Assembly: GCA_026023565.1 (NCBI GenBank)
Contig: JAPETS010000023.1
Coordinates: 434,001 to 498,000, forward strand
DNA: 64,000 nucleotides
Direction: 5' to 3'
From: Cirrosporium novae-zelandiae
Taxonomy: Eukaryota
The notes under the pieces were generated by a model, which ran no database searches, was not told where the DNA came from, and saw only the letters and a list, made by a program, of their open reading frames with translations. Position numbers and translations under genes: made by a program. This document shows, one piece after another, positions 42,681 to 53,087 of this stretch. Every line of letters begins with the position of its first letter. Position 1 is the first letter of the stretch.

Positions 42681-43621
42681 CGTTCTATATTTTTATTATT
42701 ATTTTTATTATATTTTTTTTTTTTTTAGTATTAACCTGTTTATTATTATAGTTTTTTTTAATAATAATTATAAATAAAAAAATATCGTAATTATTTTTTA
42801 GAAATTCGTATTCGTGAATAAAAATAATTATATCTGGAAATTCTATACGTACGCGTAAAATACGTATAATATTTAGTCCGGTATTTATTCGATACGTATA
42901 AATATTTTTATTATTTTAAAATTTTTATTTTATAAATCGTGGATTTTTATTTTTAAAAATTTTTTAAATTTTATTTAATTAAATTGGTTTTTTTTTTTAT
43001 CGTTTATTTATATTATAAATCTCCGATAATATTTTATAAAAAATATATAATTATAACGATTTTATTTTTTTTTATAAAATATATATAAAAAATTTTTTCG
43101 AAATAAATTTTATTTTATCGAATAAATATTTTTAATTTTTTATAATTTTTTTTATAATAATTTTCGGGCGTTAAAAATTTTATTATAAATAATTTTTTTA
43201 GATTTCGGTTTTTTATATAATTTATATATATTTTAATAATAATATATTTATATTTTATTCGTTTATTTTTTAATATTTTTAATTTTTTTATTAATTTTTT
43301 TATTAATTTTTTTATTTTTTTTTATTTTTTAATTTTTTTTTTTAATATTTTTTTTTTTTCGTTATTTTCGTTTTTTATTTTATTTTTTTTTTATTTATAC
43401 GTTTTAATTTTTTATTAATTATTTTCCGTTTTTATATCGTCCGTTTTTTTTTTTATTTTTTAAATATTTTTTTTTTATATTTTTTATATCGTTCGATTAA
43501 ATATATATAAACGTATTCCGTTTTTCGAATCATTATCGGAATTAAAAATTTTTAACGTTTATATTATCGTTTATTCGTTATTTAAATTATTTTTTTTTTT
43601 CGTAAAAAAAATTTTTCAGAA

Positions 43622-43959
43622 TATTAAAATTAAGATTCTGATAATATAAATAACGATATAAATAAATAATATATTTATATCGTAATAATATTAAAATAAT
43701 AATATTCCTATATAATATAAAATTAAAAACTGGTTTTTTCCAATTTTTTTTTTATTTTTTTCCAATTTCTTTTTTTATTTTTTTATATAAATTTTTTTAT
43801 TTAACGTTTTTTCGGTAATTTATCGGCGTTACGTAACGCTATTTCCCCGTTTTTATTCCGTTTTTAATCCTTAAATATAGCGATCTTTTTTAGTACTCTA
43901 TTTCCCCTCTTTTGTGACAGAACCCCTTTTTAGTATTCTCTTTCTCTTCCTTTATGACA
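43622..43959 (-). repeat. 5' LTR of Gypsy D
   Basis: Starts TATTAAAATTAAG (RIPed TGTCAAGGTTAGG) and ends TTTATGACA, followed by TSD GTATC. Confidence 0.88.
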
Positions 43960-44692
43960 GTATCCCGATTATTAATCTATTTTTTTTTGGGGTTTTTGCT
44001 CCCCCGTAAAATCCCTCGATAGCGTTTTTCCGTCTAGTTTTTTTTTCTGGAATAGGGATCGTAATACCGAATCGCTAAATTTTATCGCAAAACTTTGCCC
44101 CAGTTCGTTCGACTCGTTTTTTAGGCGCTGTCGCCCTTTCGTATCCGCCCCGTTCTCGCTTACGGCACGCACGCTTATAGTTCCCGATTTTTCCCCGATA
44201 CTGCTAGACTTTATAGGCCCTAAATAGGCGCTAAATATTTAGTATAACGGTCGTCACAGTAGTGAAATGATTTGGTGGCCCGGGGTCACCAAAAGTTTTT
44301 TTTTTATAGGGACCAATTAAATCTCTAGTATAAATGAAAGCAAAATCGACTATAAAATAAAAAAGATATTTGATTTTTTAAAAATTAAATAGTTAGTTAG
44401 ACCGCTACGCTATAGTCTTCGACTAAATATATTTAATAAAGAATTAAAATAAAAATAGAGTAATATTAGTGTATATTCTATACTCGCGGCCACCCTAGTT
44501 ATATTATTTATACTAATATGCTTGGCACGGAATATACCGGAATCTTAATATAACCTTTGCAAGAAACTATATAAACACCGACAATATTATTATTACTACT
44601 AGATAGTAGTTATCTATTATTTTGACCTTAGTCTTCTTTATATCTTCGTTGACGATCATAAGCCACTGTGACCGTGATGAGAACCCTAAGCG

Positions 44693-45751
44693 TCACCACT
44701 CCATATTTTTGGATGTTTTACACCCAGCCCCCCCATCTTCGTTTTCTACTTTTTCTTTTTTCCCGACTTCTTTCCTATACGCCACCCCAAGCCCTTTATC
44801 TCTGCTCCAGTCATAAATTCCTCCCCTCTGCTTGAACCCTTCCTCATCCCAGATAACCTCTTCCAACGCTTTATCCACCCCGACATCCAAAATTGACGCT
44901 GTTGGCTTCCCTGCTCCTTGGGTTGGCCGATTGAGAAATCGCATATGTTCATCGAGAATGAGATAGGAACTCCTCATCACTCCATTTGGTTCATGCACAA
45001 AGCATTTGTTATGAGAGTGTTTGTCACAGAATACCTGGTACTGCTGATCGGAGATAACAAAATCCTGGGCATTGCGCAGTCGATCAGAGTTTTCATTTTC
45101 GCCGGGTACGACCAAGACTTGAAAGCATTTCCATCGAAACGGCGCAATCTCTCGGATTCCTTCGTTCATATCCTCTTGGAAATTGTACTTGTTGACTACT
45201 GTGTTTAGCTTGAATTTAATGCCATAGCGATGACATAACTTTGCACATTTCACCACCGAGGGGAGGTGATCCCCTTTCCCCCTTCCAATTCTCACATTCG
45301 TAGCCTCATTGAATGAATCAACGCTTATGGCCATGATGTCAATGTACTTCCCATATTCTTGCATCCATGTCTCTGTTACTTTGCTCCCATTAGTCACAAT
45401 ACTCACACTCTCCAAACTCAGCTCCTCCTTGCAATATTTCGCTAGCTGGCCTAGATACTTTGGGTATAGAAAAGGCTCACCGCCCGCGAAATTGAGCTTG
45501 CGAAGACCAGCAAGTGCGAGGCGGGAGAGACCTTGGTACGCGCGGTTGAGAGGTTCATGGTAGCTGTCTGACGCTGTGTGGAAGCAAAAACCGCATTCGT
45601 AGTTGCACCGACGCGTAAAGTGATAGTTAACTGAGATGGGGATTTTGCGCCGTGGTTTGCGGCGGCTATCAAGGATCACATAGAGCCAGAACAGGAGGAT
45701 TAGGGCAAGGGGGTAATAGAAGCGGATGACTGTAGTGATAGAAATACCCAT
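44693..45751 (-). CDS. RSAD2: Viperin-like radical SAM enzyme (ddhNTP synthase family), 352 aa, intronless
   Basis: SVNYHFTRRCNYECGFCFHTA (CxxxCxxC), KLNFAGGEPFL, SIVTNGS, AISVDSFNE, FKLNTVVN, RWKCFQVL, SYLILDEHMRFL and RGGIYDWS. N-terminal hydrophobic anchor and C-terminal Trp. Confidence 0.97.
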   Translation of the reverse strand: MGISITTVIRFYYPLALILLFWLYVILDSRRKPRRKIPISVNYHFTRRCNYECGFCFHTASDSYHEPLNRAYQGLSRLALAGLRKLNFAGGEPFLYPKYLGQLAKYCKEELSLESVSIVTNGSKVTETWMQEYGKYIDIMAISVDSFNEATNVRIGRGKGDHLPSVVKCAKLCHRYGIKFKLNTVVNKYNFQEDMNEGIREIAPFRWKCFQVLVVPGENENSDRLRNAQDFVISDQQYQVFCDKHSHNKCFVHEPNGVMRSSYLILDEHMRFLNRPTQGAGKPTASILDVGVDKALEEVIWDEEGFKQRGGIYDWSRDKGLGVAYRKEVGKKEKVENEDGGAGCKTSKNMEW

Positions 45752-47096
45752 AACGATAAGACTGATTTAAGAATTGATGGTGATCAGGTAAGTGTCTCTT
45801 ATTCGATGCGGTTGCCTATTTCAGTGCAATGGAGATAAATAGACTCTTTACCAGCCGTTGGTTTCCAGAGTGTTGACTATTGACCATAGATATCTATATC
45901 TAGAAGCCTGGCCCAGAACCAAGGGTGTTCTAGAATTATATTAATCTTGCAAGACAAAGGGGACGGCAAACAACTTATCAGACAGAATCCTAAACGAAGT
46001 GCTTGCTACTTTTGCTTGTTTAGACAAACAAGAATGGTATCTCAGCGGATCCAGTGAACAAAAGGTCGGCATCTTACATAGAGATTCCTGTTCTGCCTTA
46101 CTGGACCTACCCGATACATTACATTCCTAAAACTACCAAATGTCCTACGGGCGCTTTACCAGGGAAGCAGACTATTGTGTTGCCAGCATCTAGGCGCATG
46201 GTCTTCTTTTAACAAAATATGTAGGCATATACCCGACGAAATTATTTGCACAATACCAACAACGGTAGTCGTAAATACTTTGAAGAGTAGAATTATGGAA
46301 GCACTAATAAATGGTGAGAGGGGCTATTTATTATCTTAAAAAGGTTTCCGGAGAATGCGGAGGAAGCTAAGCAATTCGAAGAGCAGGTAGTGTGATTTTG
46401 ACTAGGAATCCTCGTCTAGATTTGATCATATAACTGGAATTTGTGTAGATTTTTCGGCCTTTGGCAGCAATCAATATTCGCAAGGACGACAAACATCATG
46501 CGCGGTTTGACTGGAAAGTGAATCTCTGTTGGGGTGTATGAAATGGGCCAGAATGTTTGTGGAGAAGCAAGGATGCTATCTAAAGCATAGGTGATCTTTA
46601 TAAGAGTATTTTAAGGATCCAGATCCATTATATCAGGCATGTGCTGGGAGCATAATACAGAAAGTAGTCTTATCAGCAGCCAACAGGTCAGCAATGGGAA
46701 GCACCCATGGCGTAGGGTAATATGCTATAACATCTTTGCCCCCGTCTATTGATGTAGCTGTTCTACTGGGCCAGCCACGGTCGAGCGTACTGATCGCGAA
46801 CAAGAGAAAGATTAATAACACCATCCAGAAACACAAGAAGACTAGAATGGCAATTGGTGTAATCTCTATGGGTTCGAGAGACAGAATGTTTAAAGAAACT
46901 GTTTCAGAAAAGGAATCAAATAATTAAATAAACCACCAAGCAATAATAAGGCCAACTTACTGGTAGAGTATTGGTAGGATAAAATTCTGGGGATTTACCC
47001 TCCTCTTCCTCTTAATTTAAACATCCTCATTTCATCTCTTTTACCGTCTTAATTCAAACCCAGAGAGATTTCTTTGTCACAATCACAGCTCCAGCC

Positions 47097-47711
47097 ATGC
47101 TTCTCGAGGTTGAACAGAAGTTCGTCGTCGCCCTTTCTAATCTTACCAAGTTCAGGGTAAATCGCGGTACTCCTCCATTCAAGTCCCTGAAGTTTTCCAA
47201 GAACATTACCTTCGAAGATGTGTACTACGACCACAACAACATTCTTTCCGGCCTGGGCATATGGATCCGCAAGAGAGACAACCAGTGGGAGGCGAAGCGA
47301 CGCATTTCCGGCGATTACCTCCGATCCACATTTGACGAGACTGGAAATCCCGACCAGATTCATGGGATGCTCAAAGATCTAATACCTTACAGGGTTCTTA
47401 AGAGCCCCGAGAGAAACTTCGGCCTCGACGTGCTGGCAAGATTCAGAACCACCCGTGAGACCTACATAGCCAATGAGAAGTATACGATTGTTTTGGACTC
47501 GACGGATTTTGGACACATGGTTGGTGAGATAGAGGTTATGGGCGAGGATGAAACCAAAGCTCATCAGGAAATCGACAACTTCCGTCAACAGCATTCTTGG
47601 TTCTTTGAAAGTGGAAACCCCGAAGGGAAACTGTCCGCCTACTTTAGGAAATTTGGACGGCAACAACTCTTCGGCGAAAGGAGGTCCAACGGCGATCAAG
47701 GCGTGATCTAA
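47097..47711 (+). CDS. CYTH-domain triphosphate tunnel metalloenzyme, thiamine-triphosphatase-like, 204 aa
   Basis: N-terminal ExExK (LEVEQKF), EDVYYD, GIWIRKRD, WEAK, FRTTRE, IVLDSTDFGHMVGEIE and GKLSAYF. Confidence 0.88.
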   Translation: MLLEVEQKFVVALSNLTKFRVNRGTPPFKSLKFSKNITFEDVYYDHNNILSGLGIWIRKRDNQWEAKRRISGDYLRSTFDETGNPDQIHGMLKDLIPYRVLKSPERNFGLDVLARFRTTRETYIANEKYTIVLDSTDFGHMVGEIEVMGEDETKAHQEIDNFRQQHSWFFESGNPEGKLSAYFRKFGRQQLFGERRSNGDQGVI

Positions 47712-48182
47712 TAGTATCTTAAGGCTGCATGATATGGGATATGGTATGCCTACCCATGTTAGTGCCCGGTAGTTATTGTGGAGGAATTGATCTCCAATGA
47801 GGCTTGGTATTTCCACTGTATGCCCAAGGATGACCCCTTTCTATACACGCATAGTACGATAGATGTGAAGAAAAAATTAGAAATTGATACTTTAGGTTTG
47901 AAATGTTATTGTAGCTAATCTAATCTATCATCTATACTCCTTTTTCACCGATGTTCCCAAATAAAAGGTACGCCTACAATGGTGACAAGTAATGTACAGT
48001 TATTTCAGTATCCCCAACACCATACTATGTACGCAGCAATTGAAGCAGCTTTCCTTCCATTACCGCTTCCACCAATTCTCACATAAAAAGATATCAATCT
48101 TCAAGATGGTCGTTTGAATATATTTCCTTAGAATATTTCGTATTCCGTTGGGCTTTTGTCGTGTCCCTGCTCAACTTTCATG

Positions 48183-49931
48183 TTAGACACGGGGCCATCT
48201 GGCGTGCCACTCCACGTCATCCAGGATGCCCTTCCCCATATTCCGCACATATTGTGAGCCGCCATCCACAATGGGGGTATAATCCCAGGATGTTTGAACG
48301 CCCTTGCTCAATGCAGACCAAATGACTCGTCGTCGGCGCTGTGATTCCAAAACCTTTTTCGTCAATGCATCAAAATTCCATCTCTGGGAAACCTCTTCTA
48401 GGAACAGAGCGAGAAGAACCGATGGATCAGAGTGAGAAGTAGTTGTATTGGTGGCGCTGGCGGGCACAATGGTACCAGGACTAGGTGTGTGGGGAGGAGA
48501 GGGCATAGCAACTGGTGCGAAAGGGAGGTGAAGATTTGGAAGAGGTCTAACAGACTTTTGCGAGCGAGTTGGAATAGGCAAACCAGCCACTAAATTTGTT
48601 CTCTCAAGAGGATCGGCAACAAGATCGAAAAGCATTGGAGGGTCCAATGGCGAATAAATGAACTTCCATCGATCGCGACGAATCATAACTAAGGGTGCAA
48701 GGGTGCCCTCACCCATGTATTCTCCAATGACGGTATCCGGTCTAGGTCCCTCGATTTGTGCGATATATGGCATCAATGAAGTGCCATCAACGGGCAATCT
48801 TAGATCCCTGGCACCTCCTGCCATGTCCACAAATGTTGGAAGAAGATCTAGTGTAGAGACATTCTCATGCACACGATGTGGCGCATACAGCCCAGGCTTG
48901 TACACCAACATGGGCACCCGGGCTGACATCTCGAAGAATGCCATCTTGTACCAGAGTCCCCTCTCACCTAGCATATCACCATGGTCGCCAGAGAAGATAA
49001 TGATCGTATTGTCTGCCATGCCGGTAGCTTTGAGGGTCTTCAGAAGCTTGCCGATCTGGTCATCGACATATGTGCAGGCGGCGAAGTAAGCCCGCCGGGC
49101 AGCTCGGATCCTCTCTTCTGGGATTTCACTACCCCATAAATCAATGCATTTCAATATTCGTTGAGAGTGTGGATCCTGCTTGTCTTGTGGGATAGCGGCA
49201 GTTTTTGGCATTGGGATCTCAACGTCCTCATAAAGATCCCAGTATTCTTGTTCCATCGTGTATGGATCGTGAGGGTGGGTCATTGAAACAGTAAGACAGA
49301 ATGGTTGATCACCTCGGTGCCTTACATGGTCCCACAAGTATTGATTAGATTTGTAGATGACCTCATTGTCATAGTCCAGTTGATTTGATCGACCGCATGG
49401 ACCAGCATCAAGAACTGACGACATGTTGTGATAAAAATCAAGGCGAACCTCCTACTCATATATATTAGTTACGTTTAAACTATGAAATAGAGGGCTATTT
49501 ACCGGTTCATCCCAATTGACGGACCAGCCATAATCGCCTGGATAAATATCACTTGTTAATCGTTGTTCATAACCGTGAAGCTGGTCTGGTCCAATATAAT
49601 GCATCTTTCCAGCCAAGGCAGTGTGGTAGCCTGCCGCTCTCAGGTAATGTGCATATGTTACAACGTCGGCGGGAAGATCGCTGGCATTGTCAAAGGCGCC
49701 GATTTTGGAGGGCAGTCGACCAGTCACAAGTGCAAAACGTGAGGGAGCACAGAGGGGAGAGTTGCAGTAGGCTTGGTCAAAGACTACACCATTCTTGGCC
49801 AAATGATCGAGGTTTGGAGTCTTGACACGAGATTCGGGATCGTACATTCGCAGCATAGGAGCGGCCATCTGATCAGCCATGATGTAGAGGATGTTGGGCT
49901 TTTGGCCCGAGTTTTGAGGGTCGGAAGCCAT
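48183..49931 (-). CDS. betC: Choline sulfatase, 2 exons (49931-49503, 49451-48183), ~565 aa
   Basis: PNILYIMADQ, formylglycine motif CAPSR, GKMHYIGPDQLHGYE, HPHDPY and GDHGDMLGERGLWYKM. A 51-nt GT..CTAAT..AG intron restores WDEP-EVRLDFYHNMSSV. Confidence 0.93.
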
Positions 49932-50696
49932 GAAGAGTGGGTGGTGATTGTAATAGGTCTCTCTTAGGACGGCAAATGGTAGGACGAAGGTGAGAGAAGA
50001 TGGGTTGAATATTTCTAAATGGTTAGAAAGAGAAGAAGCAGATGAGAGGAGTCTGAAAGGGTCTTAAGAGTTTCTAATTTCTGGGTCGACGCCTTCATTT
50101 CACCGTTTGATCTTTACCAAAACGGGAAATGTTATCTCTTGGTTGGGTGTCAAAAGGTTCCTGGATCTTTTTTTCCCAGATCCCAGTCATACCATGCGCC
50201 TGGTACGAGGGAAATACTATGCATACGTAGTGGAATTCGTAGTGAGTCCTTGTCAGCCAGCAAGGATGGGTAGGATGGGAGTTGGCTGGGGTCTGTTGTG
50301 ACTTGATGGGGCAAGCACACAAACGATCATCATCTTTTCGCCTCAGTCCCCAGAAAATAATCAGATTGGGGGCTTTCGGATCAATCATTACACTAAATTA
50401 CTGTCTCTGGTACAAACAATCTCACACAAACTCGGAGAATAACTGATACACCGCAATTCGCACGACATTGGGCCTTCTACATACATCATTACCATCTTCT
50501 CCTGATATTTATGAGAAATCATCTCCTTGCGCTTGTTTCAATTTTCTTTTCTTATGTTCCAGAGGCTGCTCCCCCACATGCACGTGCCTTTTTGTGCCTT
50601 TATCCAAAATTTTGGCTTTCTTCCTCCATTTTCCTATGTGATGGCGTGCTTTATCTTCTTCATGATTCAATTGCCACCTCTCCTGAATACGTGGAT

Positions 50697-51636
50697 TCAA
50701 TCTCTGAAATCTCCATCTGCTGAATCCTGTCCTGGATTGGCCTCCTCATAATGAAAATATTTCACAAATAAATAATATCCCGACGTGATCAGTGAGCCCA
50801 AACAAGGTCCAACCCAGTATATCCAGTGATATCCGGGGAAATTCGATGCTACAGCGGGACCGAAAGAGCGGACAGGATTGAGGGAGCCACCGGTGGAGTT
50901 GACACCTAAATTCAACGTATCAGTCAGTAGTTAACTTGAAGGCATCATATGGCGTGTTACTGACCTGCTATTTCGCAGATAAATAGAGCCAATCCTATGC
51001 CAACCGGAGCGAGAAACGTGTCCTTGGATTTCTCCGCTGCCAACATCAAGACGGTGAAAACCAGGACACTTGTCAAAAACATCTCTATAAAACACCCTTG
51101 GGCAATTGACGTGTTTCGGGATAACGTGGTATTCACACTACCGATATCACCAGGAAACATACAGCTGACGAGTCCCGCAGCAGTCATGCTGCCAAGAAGC
51201 TGAGCAGGAAAAAGAAAAGCAGCTCGTGTCCATGCCAACTGTTGTGATAAACACAGCCCTAAGGTAACCTATTGAGCAATCAGCATCAGTAGCAGCATCC
51301 AGAGCACACCCTATATCTCTACAGGAGGCGTTCCGAAAGGGCGATCCATACCGCCGGATTGAATAGTCCACCACTAATCCTATAAAATCCCCATACCGTT
51401 ACAAGCAGCGCGAATCCATAGCTCATACTGATATAGATGACTGTGGAATTGGCATTACCGCCCTGGGCTGCAGGGGCAACGGCCTGATCGACCGACATCA
51501 AATGGCCGGCAAAGGCAAGGTAAAGAAACAAGAATGTGCCCACAAATTCGCCGGTTGCGGCCACGAAGTGATTTTTGAGGTCTTCTCTCCATTTCACCCT
51601 TGCTTCCTCATGCTGAAATGGACGTGAGAACTTCAT
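50697..51636 (-). CDS. Aquaporin (MIP family), 3 exons (51636-51352, 51268-50965, 50905-50697), 265 aa
   Basis: GEFVGTFLFL, ISGGLFNPAVT, TGGSLNPVRSFGP and HWIYWVGP. Two GT-AG introns give an in-frame 798-nt CDS. Confidence 0.93.
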
Positions 51637-53087
51637 AATGCTTGTTAAAGTCGGGATATAGTACTAAAGTCCAAAGACAGCTAAGGAAACTAGACAACTA
51701 ACCATTTAAAGTAGCTAAGAATATGGGGGAATTACAGAGCCATCTATCAACGTGCTTTGATGCAGTCTATATATTTCTATGGTGAAGTTGAGATGGGGAG
51801 ATATACTAAAAGTCAGCCCCGGAGCTTGAGCTAATGACGATATTCAGCTTGACAAGATTTGGTGTTTTCAGTGCTAACCTAGAAGCTAACCTATAAAGAT
51901 GCGCTCGAAAATTTGCTCTTGCAAAGAAGGTCATCTGGGTTGGCTTGGCTTGAGTGGTACAGAATCCTGCATACTATTTGAACCGTAAAGCAACTGCGAC
52001 CAAAAGGGTGGACAGAAATGGTAATATGGACGGGATCTAAGTGTCACTTTTTCTGATGGTGTCTCTACTTGTAGACAGAGCATATTTAAAAGTTATTTTC
52101 ATGGCATGAATAGAGTCATGGTTCTGAAGTGGCAACTGAGTCGGGTTCACTTTGGTCGAATCGACAGGGGAGATTCAGTTGGCAATATGAAAAAGGTTTG
52201 AGTGAAGGTTCGTTAAATAAGTAGTATGTAGATCCGCTTGGCATGCTTGGCCAAAGTAGTATTTTTCTCTTTTCCCCGATCTCCACATTGAGCAGAAGAT
52301 AGATCGAAGATGGATGAAGCTTAAATGTCAATGTTTATATTCACTCTGATTAGTCATTGAGATAATGCAACAGTACAATAATGGCCTAATAAGGTAAAGA
52401 TAATTAACACAAATCAACATAATAATGACTTGAGAATACTATCATCGATCAAGTTTAATGGAGTAGATAGAAATTACCGGTTCAATGGATCGATCCATCT
52501 ATGGGGAAAGTGGAATAAAGTATAGACTCCACTTAGTTACAGACAACTTGACAAGTAGTGAAAGAGGAGTAAATAGATAGTACTTTCAAGTAGTAGTAAA
52601 GGAATAGAGAAAATTCCATGTCAACTTAAATGCCCGCCGTGTCCCCCTGTCCCCTCCCCCGGAGAAAAGTTCAAAAGCGCCGGCTTCAAAAACTCCCGGT
52701 ATCGACGTAACACGATTTCAGGACCCTTATTCCTATTCAAGGGATCCTCTAGCTGTAATTGGTCAGTTTCAACAATCAAGCATTGTCGTGGCTTTCGCGC
52801 CTTGAATGGCCATCTCCCCTATGTGATACCCACTCCTGAGTGCCAGAAGCCGCGCAAGCTGTCCCTAAAAAGAATGTTATTTGCGTATATTTAGCCCCGA
52901 TGACCTTGATAACATCGAGTGCCACGGGCCTTGACCCTCAAGCAATCTAAAATCCACCATGGGTTGGCTTCACTTCTGCTACCAAAAAAAAAGGAAAAGA
53001 AATGCATGTTGATCATGTTTCTAAGGAAGATGGCATTAAAGAATAAATGAATTCATTTATTGCTTCTATTCTAACTAATCCTGAATC

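Larger units (their letters stand above)
36779..43959 (-). mobile_element. Complete RIPed Ty3/Gypsy chromovirus D (7181 bp)
   Basis: TG...CA termini, direct-repeat LTRs, and a perfect 5-bp TSD GTATC (36774-36778, 43960-43964). Minus strand: RT YYRIRIK..YGYF..FGL..TF..Y(L)(D)DILIY (~41221-41556), integrase C-terminal HPxFHVSLL (~38808-38838), chromodomain EYLxKWKxW..EN.W..ENLAN (~38623-38695). Confidence 0.93.
36718..44295 (-). mobile_element. LINE copy 6, 5' ~400 bp only, split by Gypsy D (pieces 36718-36778 and 43965-44295)
   Basis: The two flanks of Gypsy D join into sequence colinear with 10163-10560. 5' hairpin at 44271-44293. It includes the least-mutated 5' UTR/ORF1 start, which accounts for track ORF 43972-44172. 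Confidence 0.82.
1..44620. other. AT-rich, RIP-hypermutated heterochromatin-like block (nested transposons plus dead genes)
   Basis: Near-absence of C/G except in CpG. Homologous copies inside the window differ almost only by C>T/G>A transitions. Conserved motifs show TGG>TAA/TAG, CAA>TAA, GAC>AAC and GGA>AAA changes. Composition switches abruptly to normal near 44,620. Confidence 0.95.

Noticed and set aside
1..44600. Organelle DNA, AT-rich bacterial DNA, or an alternative genetic code
   Set aside because: Copy-to-copy differences are polarised transitions, and the decoded motifs are nuclear fungal genes and retroelements contiguous with intron-containing genes.
50509..50700. Charged 63-aa frame directly after the aquaporin stop
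   Set aside because: TTG start overlapping the stop, no recognisable motif and no splice route found; probably 3' UTR.
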